Shown here: piece after piece, positions 1 to 11,382 of the stretch | Layout: the number at the start of each line of letters is the position of its first letter | Position numbering within the stretch: position 1 is the stretch's first letter | Assembly (NCBI GenBank): GCA_951406725.2 | Contig: OX597838.1 | Coordinates: forward strand, 17,980,001 to 18,044,000 | Source of the DNA: Octopus vulgaris | Lineage: Eukaryota | Direction: 5' to 3' | Length of the DNA stretch: 64,000 nucleotides | The notes under the pieces: generated by a model | Database searches by the model: none | What the model saw: the letters and a program-made list of their open reading frames with translations, nothing else | Told to the model about the DNA's origin: nothing | Made by a program: the position numbers and the translations under genes

Positions 1-55
1 GATGGAGTACAACAGCCATGTTGACAGCCATGCTGGAGGCTGTCAAGGAAATTGG
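1..55 (+). CDS. Host gene A, coding exon (5' end outside window), ...WSTTAMLTAMLEAVKEIG
   Basis: Open frame from position 3, ending at donor GG|GTAAT (GT 56-57). Phase 2 matches the next exon. Confidence 0.65.
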
Positions 56-348
56 GTAATTCTTTATAGACTTGACTGTTTATTTTGGGGCAGTGATTTC
101 CTCTTCTCACTTACACCAATGCCAGGCTGAAGATTGTCAAAGAACTAACCTAATTTCTTGGTTACTTTGAGATGACTCTAACCACCTCTCACTCACACCT
201 TTTTCATATTTCTCTTGAATTAAACATAGTTTCAAGACCTCTCTTTTCTCTTTCCATTTTACTCTCTTTTACTTGTTTCAATCATTTAACTGTGGCCATG
301 GAGGAGCACTTATTCTTTCTAAACCTTATTCTTTGTAAACCTTATTCA

Positions 349-437
349 TGGGCATATGGCATAGTGGTTAAGAGTGCGGGCTACTAACCCTAAGATTCCG
401 AGTTTGATTCCAAGCAGTGACCTGAATAATAATAATG

Positions 438-470
<33 letters not shown>

Positions 471-655
471 TCTTCGAAAAATACCTTAGGAATGAGAACC
501 CAGGTTCAAAATTTCCTCAAGACACCTGATGAAGCCTAGAGGGTATATCAGCCAAAACGTTGTGATAGCAACAAACAAGATGAGGACAAATATCCATCGA
601 AAGTAAATAATGTAAATAATGTAGATAATTCCTCATCTCTTAAATATAGAACTGT
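349..655 (+). mobile_element. Short retroposon: tRNA-like head, (AAT)n, Penelope-like tail with degenerate hammerhead
   Basis: A-box-like TGGCATAGTGG, B-box-like GAGTTTGATTCC, (AAT)n at 426-470, CTGATGA...(G>A)AAACGTT at 526-561. Confidence 0.5.
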
Positions 656-679
656 ATTGCTAGCTATAATTTCTAAAGG

Positions 680-1032
680 TTACCAGCGTCACATTACTGG
701 CACTTGTGCCAGTGGCACATGAAAGACAACATTCAAGCGAGGTCATTGCCAGTACCACTGGACTGGCTCCTGTGCAGGTGGCACGTAAAAAAACACCATT
801 TGAGTGTGGCCATTGCCAGTGCCGCCTGACTGGCCCTTGTGCCAGTGGCACATAAAAGCACCCACTACACTCTTGGAGTGATTGGTGTTAGGAAGGGCAT
901 CGATCTGTAGAAACTCTGCCAGATCAGATTGGAGCCTGGTGCAGCCATCTGGTTCGCCAGTCCTCAGTCAAATCGTCCAACCCATGCTAGCATGGAAAGC
1001 AGACGTTAAACGATGATGATGATGATGATGAT
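680..1032 (+). mobile_element. Retroposon 3' end with (GAT)n tail (GGAAGGGCATC-motif family)
   Basis: Internal repeats GTGCCAGTGGCAC, motif GGTGTTAGGAAGGGCATC, ends ACCCATGCTAGCATGGAAAG...(GAT)n. Related copy at 6495-7070. Confidence 0.6.
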
Positions 1033-1212
1033 GTCTCCTTAGGTACTTCAAGATTAAAAATGTACCTTATTTTCATGAAGTCCTATTGTTCCTTTATAAT
1101 TATGAATTACAAGCCTCCTATTCTCTCCAACTTTTCACTTTTTTACCAATTTAGCAAATATTTGAACATTGAAACATTTTTTCATTATTATATCATCTTT
1201 CCTTTTTACCAG

Positions 1213-1295
1213 CTTCCAACCTTGTCCTGCCTTAGAAGTGTTTATCCACAATTTTCAGCTCATGTCATGTTCACAAAATGGTGTCTTGGCCTTGG
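1213..1295 (+). CDS. Host gene A exon, (G)FQPCPALEVFIHNFQLMSCSQNGVLAL(E)
   Basis: Acceptor tcatctttcctttttaccAG, donor GTAAGT at 1296. 83 nt, phase 2 in and phase 1 out, which links the flanking exons with no stop. Confidence 0.75.
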
Positions 1296-1412
1296 GTAAG
1301 TTTTTTCAAACTTCTTTTATACCTAATCGATCTCCATCTGTATTTTAGGGTCCTGTGATTATTGTTGTTTGTTTACCTCAGGAAAGTCTTGATCTAACAG
1401 ACTGATAATTAA

Positions 1413-1633
1413 CCCTTTAGCATTTAAACCAGTCATATCCGGCCAAAAGTATTCTGCCTGTTTTATGTTCAAACTGGCCATATCTGGTCTCTCACACCAA
1501 CCCTACAATATCATCTTAAAAATTAACAGCTACCTCATCAAAATCTCATAACTACAAGATAATGCATGATTAATTCAAAACAATGTAGATGAAGAAGCAT
1601 AAATTTTGGCAGAATAATGTGAACACTAAAGGG
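1413..1633. mobile_element. piggyBac-like MITE
   Basis: TTAA|CCCTTTAG ... CTAAAGGG|TTAA termini with TTAA target duplication. Confidence 0.75.
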
Positions 1634-1982
1634 TTAAAGATGTTCCAATAGTAACCATCCTGAACTGCCAAGTTATGGGGACGTAAACACACCAACACTG
1701 GTTGTCAAGCAGTGTGGTGGGAGACAAACAGGGACAAAGACACACACATACACAATGGACTTCTTTCAGTTTCTGTCTACCAAATCCATTCACAAGGCCT
1801 TGGATGGCCTGAGAATATAGAAAACACTTCTGAACCCGAAACCTTGTGGATTGAACCCAGAACCATGTGGTTGGAAAGCAAGCTTCTTACCACACAGCCA
1901 CACCTGACACATAATGACAGTAACATCATTTTATCCCTGATATCGGTATTAAACTCTTTCTTCATTTGTTTTAATTTTGCAG

Positions 1983-2153
1983 AAAACATGTCACAGCCCA
2001 TCTTGGAGGTTTTGATGAAATACTTAATGTTTCTCTGTGATGAACCAATTGTCCCTGTGGATTTGAAGGCCAAATATCTCGCAGCTATACTCTCTCTGAT
2101 CAATCTGATTTTCTTGCAAGGATCAAAGTTTGATATTGGTTCTTTCTACAAAA
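1983..2153 (+). CDS. Host gene A exon, NMSQPILEVLMKYLMFLCDEP...GSFYK
   Basis: Acceptor ttcatttgttttaattttgcAG, donor GTAAGT at 2154. Phase 1/1. Lies within track ORF 1712..2236. Confidence 0.8.
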
Positions 2154-2196
2154 GTAAGTCTTCCTTTCTTGTTATTTGTTTTTTTTTTGTTTCTAT

Positions 2197-4268
2197 TTTT
2201 TTATCTTTCAGTCAGAAAGCATTACAGTACCCATGATCCTTTGCTTTTTATTATCTTTCAGTCAGAAAGCATTAGAATACCCATGATCCTTTGCCTTTAT
2301 TATCTTTCAGTCAGAAAGCATTAGAATATCCATAATCCTTTGCTTTGTTATTATCTTTCAGTCAGAAAGCATTAGAATACCCATGATCCTTTGCTTTTTA
2401 TCATCTTTCAGTCAGAAAGCATTAGAATACCCATAATCCTTTGCTTTTTATTATCTTTCAGTCAGAAAGCATTAGAATACCCATAATCCTTTGCTTTTTT
2501 TATCTTTTAGTCAGAAAGCATTAGAATACCCATAATCTTTTGCTTTTTTTATCTTTCAGTCAGAAAACATTACAGTACCCATGATCCTTTGCTTTTTATC
2601 ATTTTTCAGTCAGAAAGCATTAGAATACCCATGATCCTTTGCTTTTTATTATCTTTCAGTCAGAAAACATTAGAATACCCATGATCCTTTGCCTTTATTA
2701 TCTTTCAGTCAGAAAGCATTAGAATACCCATGATCCTTTGCTTTTTATTATCTTTCAGTCTGAAAAGCATTAGAATACCCATGATCCTTTGCCTTTATTA
2801 TCTTTCAGTCAGAAAGCATTAGAATACCCATGATCCTTTGCTTTTTATTATCTTTCAGTCAGAAAGCATTAGAATACCCATGATCCTTTGCTTTTTATTA
2901 TCTTTCAGTCAGAAAACATTAGAATACCCATGATCCTTTGCCTTTATTATCTTTCAGTCAGAAAGCATTAGAATACCCATGATCCTTTGCCTTTATTATC
3001 TTTCAGTCAGAAAACATGACAATACCCATGATCCTTTGCTTTTTATTATCTTTCAGTCAAAAAGTATTACAATACCCATGATCCTTTGCCTTTATTATCT
3101 TTCAGTCAGAAAACATTAGAATACCCATGATCCTTTGCTTTTTATTATCTTTCAGTCAAAAAGTATTACAATACCCATGATCCTTTGCCTTTATTATCTT
3201 TCAGTCAGAAAGCATTAGAATACCCATGATCCTTTGCTTTTTATTATCTTTCAGTCAGAAAGCATTAGAATACCCATGATCCTTTGCTTTTTATTATCTT
3301 TCAGTCAGAAAACATTAGAATACCCATGATCCTTTGCCTTTATTATCTTTCAGTCAGAAAGCATTAGAATACCCATGATCCTTTGCCTTTATTATCTTTC
3401 AGTCAGAAAACATGACAATACCCATGATCCTTTGCTTTTTATTATCTTTCAGTCAAAAAGTATTACAATACCAATGATCCTTTGCCTTTTATTATGTTTC
3501 AGTCAGAAAGCATTACAATACCCATGATCCTTTGCCTTTATTATCTTTCAGTCAGAAAGCATTAGAATACCCATGATCCTTTGCCTTTATTATCTTTCAG
3601 TCAGAAAACATGACAATACCCATGATCCTTTGCTTTTTATTATCTTTCAGTCAAAAAGTATTACAATACCCATGATCCTTTGCCTTTATTATCTTTCAGT
3701 CAGAAAACATGACAATACCCATGATCCTTTGCTTTTTATTATGTTTCAGTCAGAAAGCATTACAATACCCATGATCCTTTGCCTTTATTATCTTTCAGTC
3801 AGAAAGCATTACAATACCCATGATCCTTTGCTTTTTATTATGTTTCAGTCAGAAAACATGACAATACCCATGATCCTTTGCCTTTATTATCTTTCAGTCA
3901 AAAAGTATTAGAATACCCATGATCCTTTGCTTTTTATTGTTTCAGTCAGAAAGCATTAGAATACCCATGATCCTTTGCCTTTATTATCTTTCAGTCAGAA
4001 AACATGACAATACCCATGATCCTTTGCCTTTATTATCTTTCAGTCAAAAAGCATTAGAATACCCATGATCCTTTGCCTTTATTATCTTTCAGTCAGAAAG
4101 CATTAGAATACCCATGATCCTTTGCCTTTATTATCTTTCAGTCAGAAAGCATTAGAATACCCATGATCCTTTGCCTTTATTATCTTTCAGTCAGAAAGCA
4201 TTAGAATACCCATAATCCTTTGCTTTTTATTATCTTTCAGTCAAAAAGCATTACAATAGCCTTGATCC
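2197..4268 (+). repeat. Intronic minisatellite, 49-50 bp unit, about 42 copies
   Basis: Unit TTATCTTTCAGTCAGAAAGCATTAGAATACCCATGATCCTTTGCYTTTA. GTCAGAAAGC recurs at 2211, 2261, 2310, etc. Confidence 0.97.
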
Positions 4269-4399
4269 TGAGATTGGTGGGAGGGAAGGTGAGTGGTATC
4301 TTCAAATTAGGGACTGAACCCAAATCTTTGCGATAGAGTAGACCCCACAAATGACATCTACGAGGCCAGGTGGTGGTATTAAACTTGGCAACAGCTTAA

Positions 4400-5155
4400 C
4401 TCTTTAGTATTCAAACTGGCCATATCCGGCCCAGATATCTACCCGTTTTATGCCCAAACTGACCAGGTCAAGCCTTTCACACCTGCCCTACAATGTCATT
4501 CTAAAAATAAAACAACCACGTCAATGAAATCTAAATGCTAGAAGATAATGTACATTTTATATCCTTGGCTTTTAGATATATGATTTAATGAAGCAGAGGT
4601 TAAGCAAATGGATTCAAAGACATACTTTGACTACTGCTATGCGAAACTCCAAAGGTTCTCCATTGTCTCAAAGACAATGTCACACTTTATAAGAGCTCAA
4701 CAAATCCATCTTTTAATCACACACGGGTGTTAATGTCTATCCCTACAACAGTATGATTAATTCCTAACAATGTATATAAATAAGCCTTACATTTGACATT
4801 TGACAGTGTGAAGGCTCAGTGGTTAGAGCGTCGAGCTTACGATCGTGAGGTTGTGGGTTCGATTCCCGAACCGGGCTGCGTGTTATGTTCTTGAGCAAGA
4901 CACTTTATTTCACGTTGCTCCAGTTCACTCATCTATAGAAACAGTTGCGACATCACTTGTGCCAAGCTGTCTTTCCCTTAGATAACATCAGTGGTGTGGA
5001 GAGGGGAGGCTGGTATACATGGACAACTGTTGGTCTTCCACAAACAATCTTGCCCGGACTTGTGCCTTGGAGGGCAACTTTCTAAGTGCAATCCCATGGT
5101 CATTCATGACCGAAGGGGGTCTCACATTTGACAGAGTAATCTGAGTGCTAAAGGG
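4400..5155. mobile_element. Second piggyBac-like MITE copy, carrying insertions
   Basis: TTAA|CTCTTTAG ... CTAAAGGG|TTAA. Internal similarity to 1413-1633 (caaactggccatatccggcc; ccctacaat). Confidence 0.65.
4807..5123 (+). mobile_element. tRNA-derived SINE family D
   Basis: GGCTCAGTGG A box, GGTTCGATTCC B box, CORE-like CTTGAGCAAGACACTT, 11-bp TSD ACATTTGACAG (4796-4806 / 5124-5134). Related copy at about 46840-47080 (-). Confidence 0.8.
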
Positions 5156-5304
5156 TTAAGCCTAAAAAGGCCAAAGAATATTGTTTATAATTCATGAGAT
5201 ACATACAACACAAGAACATCTAAACAGTTATGTTTCTATTCATTCTTCATACATTCTGGAAGATTCCACTATGAATATGGTGATCGGTGTTGTATTTAGC
5301 TCTT

Positions 5305-5690
5305 ATCTCTTATCTGTTTCAGTCATTAGACTGTGGCCATGCTGGGGCACTGCTTCAAAGAACTTTTAATCAAATGAATCAACCCCAGTAGTTATTTATT
5401 TTTTTTTAAGCCTTGTATTTATTCTATTGGTATCTTTTTGCCAAACTGGTTAGTTATGAGGATGTAAACAAACCGATATCAGTTGTCAAATGGTGGTGGT
5501 GGTGGGACAAACATAGACACAAAGATAAAGACAAACACATACACACACATATACACACACATACAATGAGCTTCTTTCAGTTTCTGTCTACCAATTCAAC
5601 TTACAAAGCTTTGGTAGACCCGAAGCTATAATAGAAGACACTTGCCTAAGGACTGAACCTGGGACCATATTGTTGGGAAGCAAGCATCTT
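5305..5690 (-). mobile_element. Diverged SINE family A copy
   Basis: Degenerate matches to family A blocks (gtttcagtcattagactgtggccatgctgg; agaagacacttgcc). Confidence 0.7.
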
Positions 5691-6137
5691 TCCTCCCTTT
5701 TCATAATTCATGTGATTCATATACATAAGGGGTCTCTGAAACAGCAAATATTTTTTAAGGTCATTATTCATATTTTCCCCTAATTTATCTCAAAATTCAG
5801 TGTCCAGAGTACTTAGCCTTCAATTTTTCAGTATTCTGATTTTTAAGTCTTGCGAAAATCAGCCGTCTCACATTTAGGTTTTTTTATATTTGACCTTATG
5901 ACCCAAATACCTTAGCATACCCTTCATTTATCTTAGCTGTGTCCCCCTACATGATTTTGTACCCTATATTTAAGTTGCGTATTCTTGTCTTATTTATGTA
6001 CCCTGCCTCTAAGCTGTGTGCCCTACATTTAAACACTATACTCCATATCGGAGTTGTGTACATGCTTTGAAGCCGGGTACCCTACAGTTTAGCTGTGTAC
6101 CCTATATTTAAACTGTCTCCTTTTCTTCTTATTTCAG

Positions 6138-6430
6138 TCGACATGTTTCCAAAATGTTTATTCAAAATCCTGGAAGGTTTATTTCCATACATCTATCATC
6201 CTGTGGAATCTTCAGATTCTGATGGCAGCAAACCCAAGAAGAAACATCATCACCACCATCACCATCACCACCAACAACCACAACAACACTCGCTGTCAGT
6301 GGTCGAGGATCTTGCCAGCTTTAAACGCTATCAATGGAAAAAGGAGATCAGTGGTTGTGATCCTTCTTTAGCTGTTCTGTACAAGGCACTCCACTCCTCC
6401 TTCCTTCGTCTTAGCTGGCTTATTCCAAAA
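6138..6430 (+). CDS. Host gene A exon with KPKKK + His9/Gln tract, DMFPKCL...SWLIPK
   Basis: Acceptor ttttcttcttatttcAG, donor GTAAGT at 6431. Phase 1 in, phase 0 out. Lies within track ORF 6095..6466. Confidence 0.8.
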
Positions 6431-6494
6431 GTAAGTTCAACTATATTTGGTTTTATGTTATTGTGAAGTTGTTGCTGTAATTGTTGTTTAATCC

Positions 6495-7070
6495 CTGGTG
6501 CTGGTGCCACTTAAAAGCGCTCAGTCCACACCTTAAAGTGGTTAGTGTTCAGAAGGGCATCCAGCCATAAAAACCTTGCCAAAACTGACCTCACCCATGC
6601 TTGTGCCACATAGAAAGCACTGAGTCCACTCTACTGAGTGGTTGGTGTTAGGAAGGGCATCTAGCTGTAAAAACCTTGCCCAGACTGACCTCACCTGTCC
6701 TTGAGCCACATAAAAAGCACGGTGTCCCATCTACTGAGTGGTTAGTGTTAGGAAGAGCATCTAGCTGTAAAAACCTTGTCAAAACTGACCTCACCTGTGT
6801 TTGTGCCACATAAAAATCATTGAGTCCACTCTACTGAGTGGCTGGTGTTCAGAAGGGCATCCAGCTGACCTCACCCATGCTTGTGCCCTATAAAAAGCAT
6901 TGAGTTCACTCTACTGAGTGGTTGTTGTTAGGAAGGGCATCCAGCTGTAAAAATCTTGCCAAAACAGTCACAGGAGTCTGGTGCAGGCTTCTACTTGACC
7001 AGCTCTTCTGAAAGCATCCCACCCATGCTAGCATGGAAGGTGGGTGTTAAACAACAATGATGATGATGAT
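6495..7070 (+). repeat. Retroposon 3' end with about 5 internal tandem repeats of ~90-110 bp and (GAT)n tail
   Basis: Repeated GTGGTTGGTGTTAGGAAGGGCATCCAGCTGTAAAAACCTTGCCAAAACTGACCTCACC. Confidence 0.75.
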
Positions 7071-7530
7071 AAACAACCTTGATAAAGCAGATCTATGATC
7101 AAAGACATTCTGGCTGTGACCATCCCATCCTGTGCAGGGTGCACAGGGTATAACACAATATCCATTTTCTAAAATAGCGAGGTGTGAATTAAGGGCCATT
7201 AAGCTGCTGCTGCTTCTAGCAAGTCATGTGACTGTGCAGAGTTCCCTCATTGGCTTGATCTCCCAGTTTTTGTTTACCCCTGGGACATTCTTGATTAAAC
7301 AGATAACTGCTACACGGTGAAACCGAACCTGGAACCATGTGGTTAAGAAGCAAGCCTCTTCCCACACAGCCACACCTGTGCCTCTATAATATAATAATGC
7401 TTGAAAAAAAAATATGTAGGGATGGTCACATCTGGAACATCTGCCAAACTATGAAATGCTGTAGTAATGAGTAAAAAAAGGGAGACAATCGAATGTGTGG
7501 TATAGTCCATTCTATAACACTTCTTTATTA

Positions 7531-7765
7531 TCTATTTCTTTACTACCCACAAGGGGCTAAACACAGAGAGGACAAACAAGGACAGACAAACGGATTAAGT
7601 CGATTATATCGACCCCAGTGCATAACTGGTACTTATTTAATTGACCCCGAAAGGATGAAAGGCAAAGTCGACCTCGGCGGAATTTGAACTCAGAACGTAA
7701 CAGCTGATGAAATACGGCTATGCATTTCACCCGGCGTGCTAACGTTTCTGCCAGCTCGCTGCCTA
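7531..7765 (-). mobile_element. tRNA-derived SINE family B
   Basis: Reverse complement of GGCGAGCTGGCAGAAACGTTAGCACG...GAGTTCAAATTCC...GCCTTTCATCCTTTCGGGGTC. Confidence 0.85.
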
Positions 7766-8100
7766 TTATCAACAGTCCAGTCTGTCTTGATGTAGATAGG
7801 TAGCTCAGTGTCGTGCAGTTTATTGTATTGTGTCCATGACCAAGACACTAAATTGTTAACAGTCCAGTCTACTGAGATGTAAGTAGACACCACAGTTCAG
7901 TGTAATTCACTGTTGTAGCCAGTGATAGTAATGTGAAGATGACACAGTGGCAATTGTCAGTTATTCCAAAGGTGAGCTCTGTCTGTTATGGACTGTCACC
8001 CTCTCCTTGAGAATATTTTCTTTCATTGATTCTACTGAAAGAAGACTTGAATATAAGGTCTGACCTTTGTAAACTTGGTGATTCAGGTGACATTAACAAA

Positions 8101-8600
8101 ATGCGGTGAGCTGGCAGAAACGTTAGCACGTAGGGCGAAATGCGTAGCCATATTTCGCCTGCCGTTACGTTCTGAGTTCAAATTCCGCCGAGGTCGACTT
8201 TGCCTTTCATCCTTTTGGGGTCGATGAATTAAGTACCAGTTACGCACTGGGGTCGATATAATCGACTTAATCCTTTTGTCTGTCCTTTTTTGTCCTCTCT
8301 GTGTTTAGCCCCTTGTGGGTAGTAAAGAAATAGGTATTCGTTTATTTTTTAAAATGGCGGCGAGTTGGCAGAAACGTTAGCACGTCGGGCGAAATGCGCA
8401 GCCGTATTTCGCCTGCCGTTACGTTCTGAGTTCAAATTCCGCCGAGGTCGACTTTGCCTTTCATCCTTTTGGGGTTGATGAATTAAGTACCAGTTACGCA
8501 CTGGGGTCGATATAATCGACTTAATCCTTTTGTCTGTCCTTGTTTGTCTGTTCTTGTTTGTCTCCTCTGTGTTTAGCCCCTTGTGGGTAGTAAAGAAATA
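8101..8600 (+). mobile_element. Two tandem SINE family B copies
   Basis: Heads at about 8101 and 8356, each ending GTGGGTAGTAAAGAAATA. Confidence 0.85.
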
Positions 8601-8688
8601 GATATTAACAAAATCAAAAATGTAATCTAACAAATACAAACACAGTGTGACTGTATTATAATTTTATTTTTTTCTCTCTTTTGATCAG

Positions 8689-8898
8689 AAAACTACAGAA
8701 GACTCCGTTTGGTGTCAGCTACTCCATTACCTGGACACAGAATGCTCCGAGTTACACCTACATTACTTGTTGCTTATTTTACAAGACGAGAGTGAGGACA
8801 TCAAGAATCCATTGCATCACCTCAAAGCTGTCAGTGATAGCAACGGACTGTACAGACTCCATCACGTTGTCATGGATACAGTTGTCGATGATGACTGA
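8689..8898 (+). CDS. Host gene A terminal coding exon, KTTEDSVWCQLLHYLD...VVDDD*
   Basis: Long polypyrimidine tract followed by CAG at 8686-8688. The phase 0 frame is open to TGA 8896-8898 and matches the previous exon. Confidence 0.75.
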   Translation, partial: KTTEDSVWCQLLHYLDTECSELHLHYLLLILQDESEDIKNPLHHLKAVSDSNGLYRLHHVVMDTVVDDD

Positions 8899-9213
8899 AT
8901 GTAGATTCCTGCTGCTTTTATTCACACGAGAGGTCAGGTGGCTGCGGAGGGGTTGTTACTTTCTGTCTGACCGGGTAAATTAATAGAGATGTATATGCTA
9001 GTAAGTGTGTATATGTGTGTATATTGCATATGAATTTATATGTATATATATATATACACACACACACACAAGTATGTGTCAAAACATGGTTGATCTTTGC
9101 ATATGTGTGTGTGTGTGTGTGTGTGTGAGTGTATGTGTGCATGCCTGTGTGCAAGAGAGTATGTGTAGATGTATGTATAGTCATAGATGAATGTGTATAT
9201 ATGTGTATGTGTG

Positions 9214-10721
9214 TATAAAGTGCATTCCAGAAATTTTCAGGCTTTTTCAGGAAAGACCTTTTTTAATTTCAAAGAAGTATGAAACTCTAAGCTCCTTCGA
9301 AGTAGGATCATCTAACTTCAGTGTACTTATCTTAGGGCTTCAGCCCTTTTATGAAGGTCCCATGGTAGGCCTCGAAGTAGGTTCATCTAACTTCAGTGCA
9401 CTTATCTTAGGGCTCCAGCCCTTTTATGAAGGTCCCATGGTAGACCTACAAAGTGAAGATGTCCAGGACTCTTGTCACACCCTCCTTCATCTTCAAATCA
9501 ACTGCCCCTTAGTTTATTCTTCAGTTTGGGGGACAGCCAAAAGTCAGAGGGAGCAAGGCCTCAATTGTGGGGAAGACGAGGGACAGTTTTAATGTTGCCC
9601 ATTTCTGTCATGTAGTTGGTTACTACGATGCTTATCACGGAGCCCCCTGGGGACAAACTTTGCACGAATTTTGCACAGGTTCAAATCTTCATGAATAATT
9701 CTGTATTCAGTTTCCACACCAATTCCAAACTGTATGCTTATTATCGTTATAGACACATAAGGGTCTCCATCCTGAAAACTGCAAATTTTCTCAACCATCT
9801 CTGATGCCCTGCTGTCCCTCTTTCTCCCACACCTCTCATTGTCTCTCCCCTTTTCTCTACTGACGTTCTCCTTCAGCTTGGGGAACAACCGAAAGTTAAA
9901 GGCAGCAAGGGCTGGATTATAGGGAAGATTAGAGACAGTTTTGATGTTGCCCCTACCTTGAATCTTTTGTGCCAGTCTGGAGCACTTCAAAGGTTTCTGT
10001 AGTGTTTTGCCCAGTTTAATGCAAAAATTTATTCTTTCTCTCTTTTTACTTGTTTCAGTCATTTGACTGCGGCCATGCTGGAGCATCACCTTTAGTCGAC
10101 GAAATCGACACCAGTACTTATTCTTTGTACTTATTCTATCGGTCTCTTTTGCCGAACTGCTAAGTTACGGGGACATAAACACACCAGCATCAGTTGTCAA
10201 GCGATGTTGCGGGAACAAACACAGACACATATACATATATATGATGGGCTTCTTTCAGTTTCTGTCTACCAAATCCACTCACAAGGCTTTGGTCAGCCCG
10301 AGGCTATAGTAGAAGACTACTTACCCAAAGTGCCACGCAGTGGGACTGAACCCAGAACCATGTGGTTGGTAAGCAAGCTACTTACCACACAGCCACTCCT
10401 GTACCTATAGCTACTTACCACACAGCCACTCCTGCGCCTATAGCTACTTACCACACAGCCACTCTTGTGCCTGTTGTGTAGCTAGCTTCCAAATTGTCTT
10501 CAAGTCTTGACTGCATTCTGTAAATTGGTCAGCTGTGACAAGTAGTATTTAGTAGGATGGGTTCTAAGTGCTCTGACACTCATCTCCTTCGTTCTTGGAT
10601 GAGAAAAATTGGCAGGTCAGCTTATTTGATGTATAGTAACGATATAAAATTACAGTAGTGTTGAACGGTTATAACTTCATCTCCTAAAAATAGTCTCAAA
10701 ACTTCTGAAATGCACCTAATA
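9214..10721 (-). mobile_element. Degenerate Tc1/mariner transposon with SINE A inserted
   Basis: Imperfect TIRs (tataaagtgcattccagaaatttt / aaaacttctgaaatgcacctaata). Peptides INFCIKLGKT, IIHEDL...AKFVPRGL (WVPHEL-type) and PYNPALAAFNFRLFPKLK (YSPDLAP-type). Confidence 0.8.
10035..10472 (-). mobile_element. SINE family A copy with triplicated 5' end
   Basis: Full family A body. ctacttaccacacagccactc occurs three times at 10378-10472. Confidence 0.85.
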
Positions 10722-10828
10722 TATATGTATGTATGTATGTTTTTGTACCTGTGTGTGTTTATATATGTATATGTGTATACATATACACACACACAGAAAT
10801 ATCTTTCAATGTGCTGAAATAGTACCTC

Positions 10829-10872
<44 letters not shown>

Positions 10873-10877
10873 TCACA

Positions 10878-10918
<41 letters not shown>

Positions 10919-11184
10919 GGTGAGCCCAAAAGTCTTGAAGTTTCAAAGGTGTTAATAATTCATTTATGTTCTGTTTTAAGTTTACAGCAGCTTAACAATC
11001 ATATGCAATATGTGTGTGTGTGTATTCCAATATATATATATATATATATACAGGAAATATATGTATGTTAGGTGTGAAAAATCACGTCTTGTAAATTAGA
11101 AAGAAAATATTTCATTCAAATGAATTTAAAATGTCAAGCTTCTTTGTGACTTTCACTCCACTCTGTATTTATATATATTTTGCT

Positions 11185-11382
11185 GTAAACAGCATTCACC
11201 CGGGGTGGGTTGAGCTGGCTTCATTCATCCTCAATGCTGCATCTCTCACAAATGCCGACCAGGCCTGGCGATTTAAGGCTAACGACCGCGTGATCTCCAA
11301 CTGCTCCTTATTCCAGCGGCGAACGCCGTAGATATGGGGGCCTAGGTTGCATTCCAGATCAGCCTTGACTGTCATCAGCCAG
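11185..11382 (-). mobile_element. RTE-clade LINE 3' end
   Basis: Minus strand reads WLMTVKADLECNLGPHIYGVRRWNKE...LALNRQAWSAFVRDA...SSTHPG*, a typical RTE ORF C-terminus. Confidence 0.7.

Noticed and set aside
2197-4268. CRISPR array
   Set aside because: Units are contiguous with no unique spacers, there are no cas genes, and it lies in a eukaryotic intron.
4807-4880. Functional tRNA genes at SINE heads (also 349-420, 43840-43911)
   Set aside because: No complete cloverleaf or acceptor stem; they continue into repeat bodies, and one has a TSD.
7690-7893. Minus-strand ORF with repeated DWTV(N/D)N
   Set aside because: Explained by a short local duplication next to a SINE; neighbouring frames contain stops.
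8681-8983. Track ORF MIRKLQKTPF... as the coding frame
   Set aside because: The upstream exon ends in phase 0, which selects the KTTEDSVW...VVDDD* frame instead.
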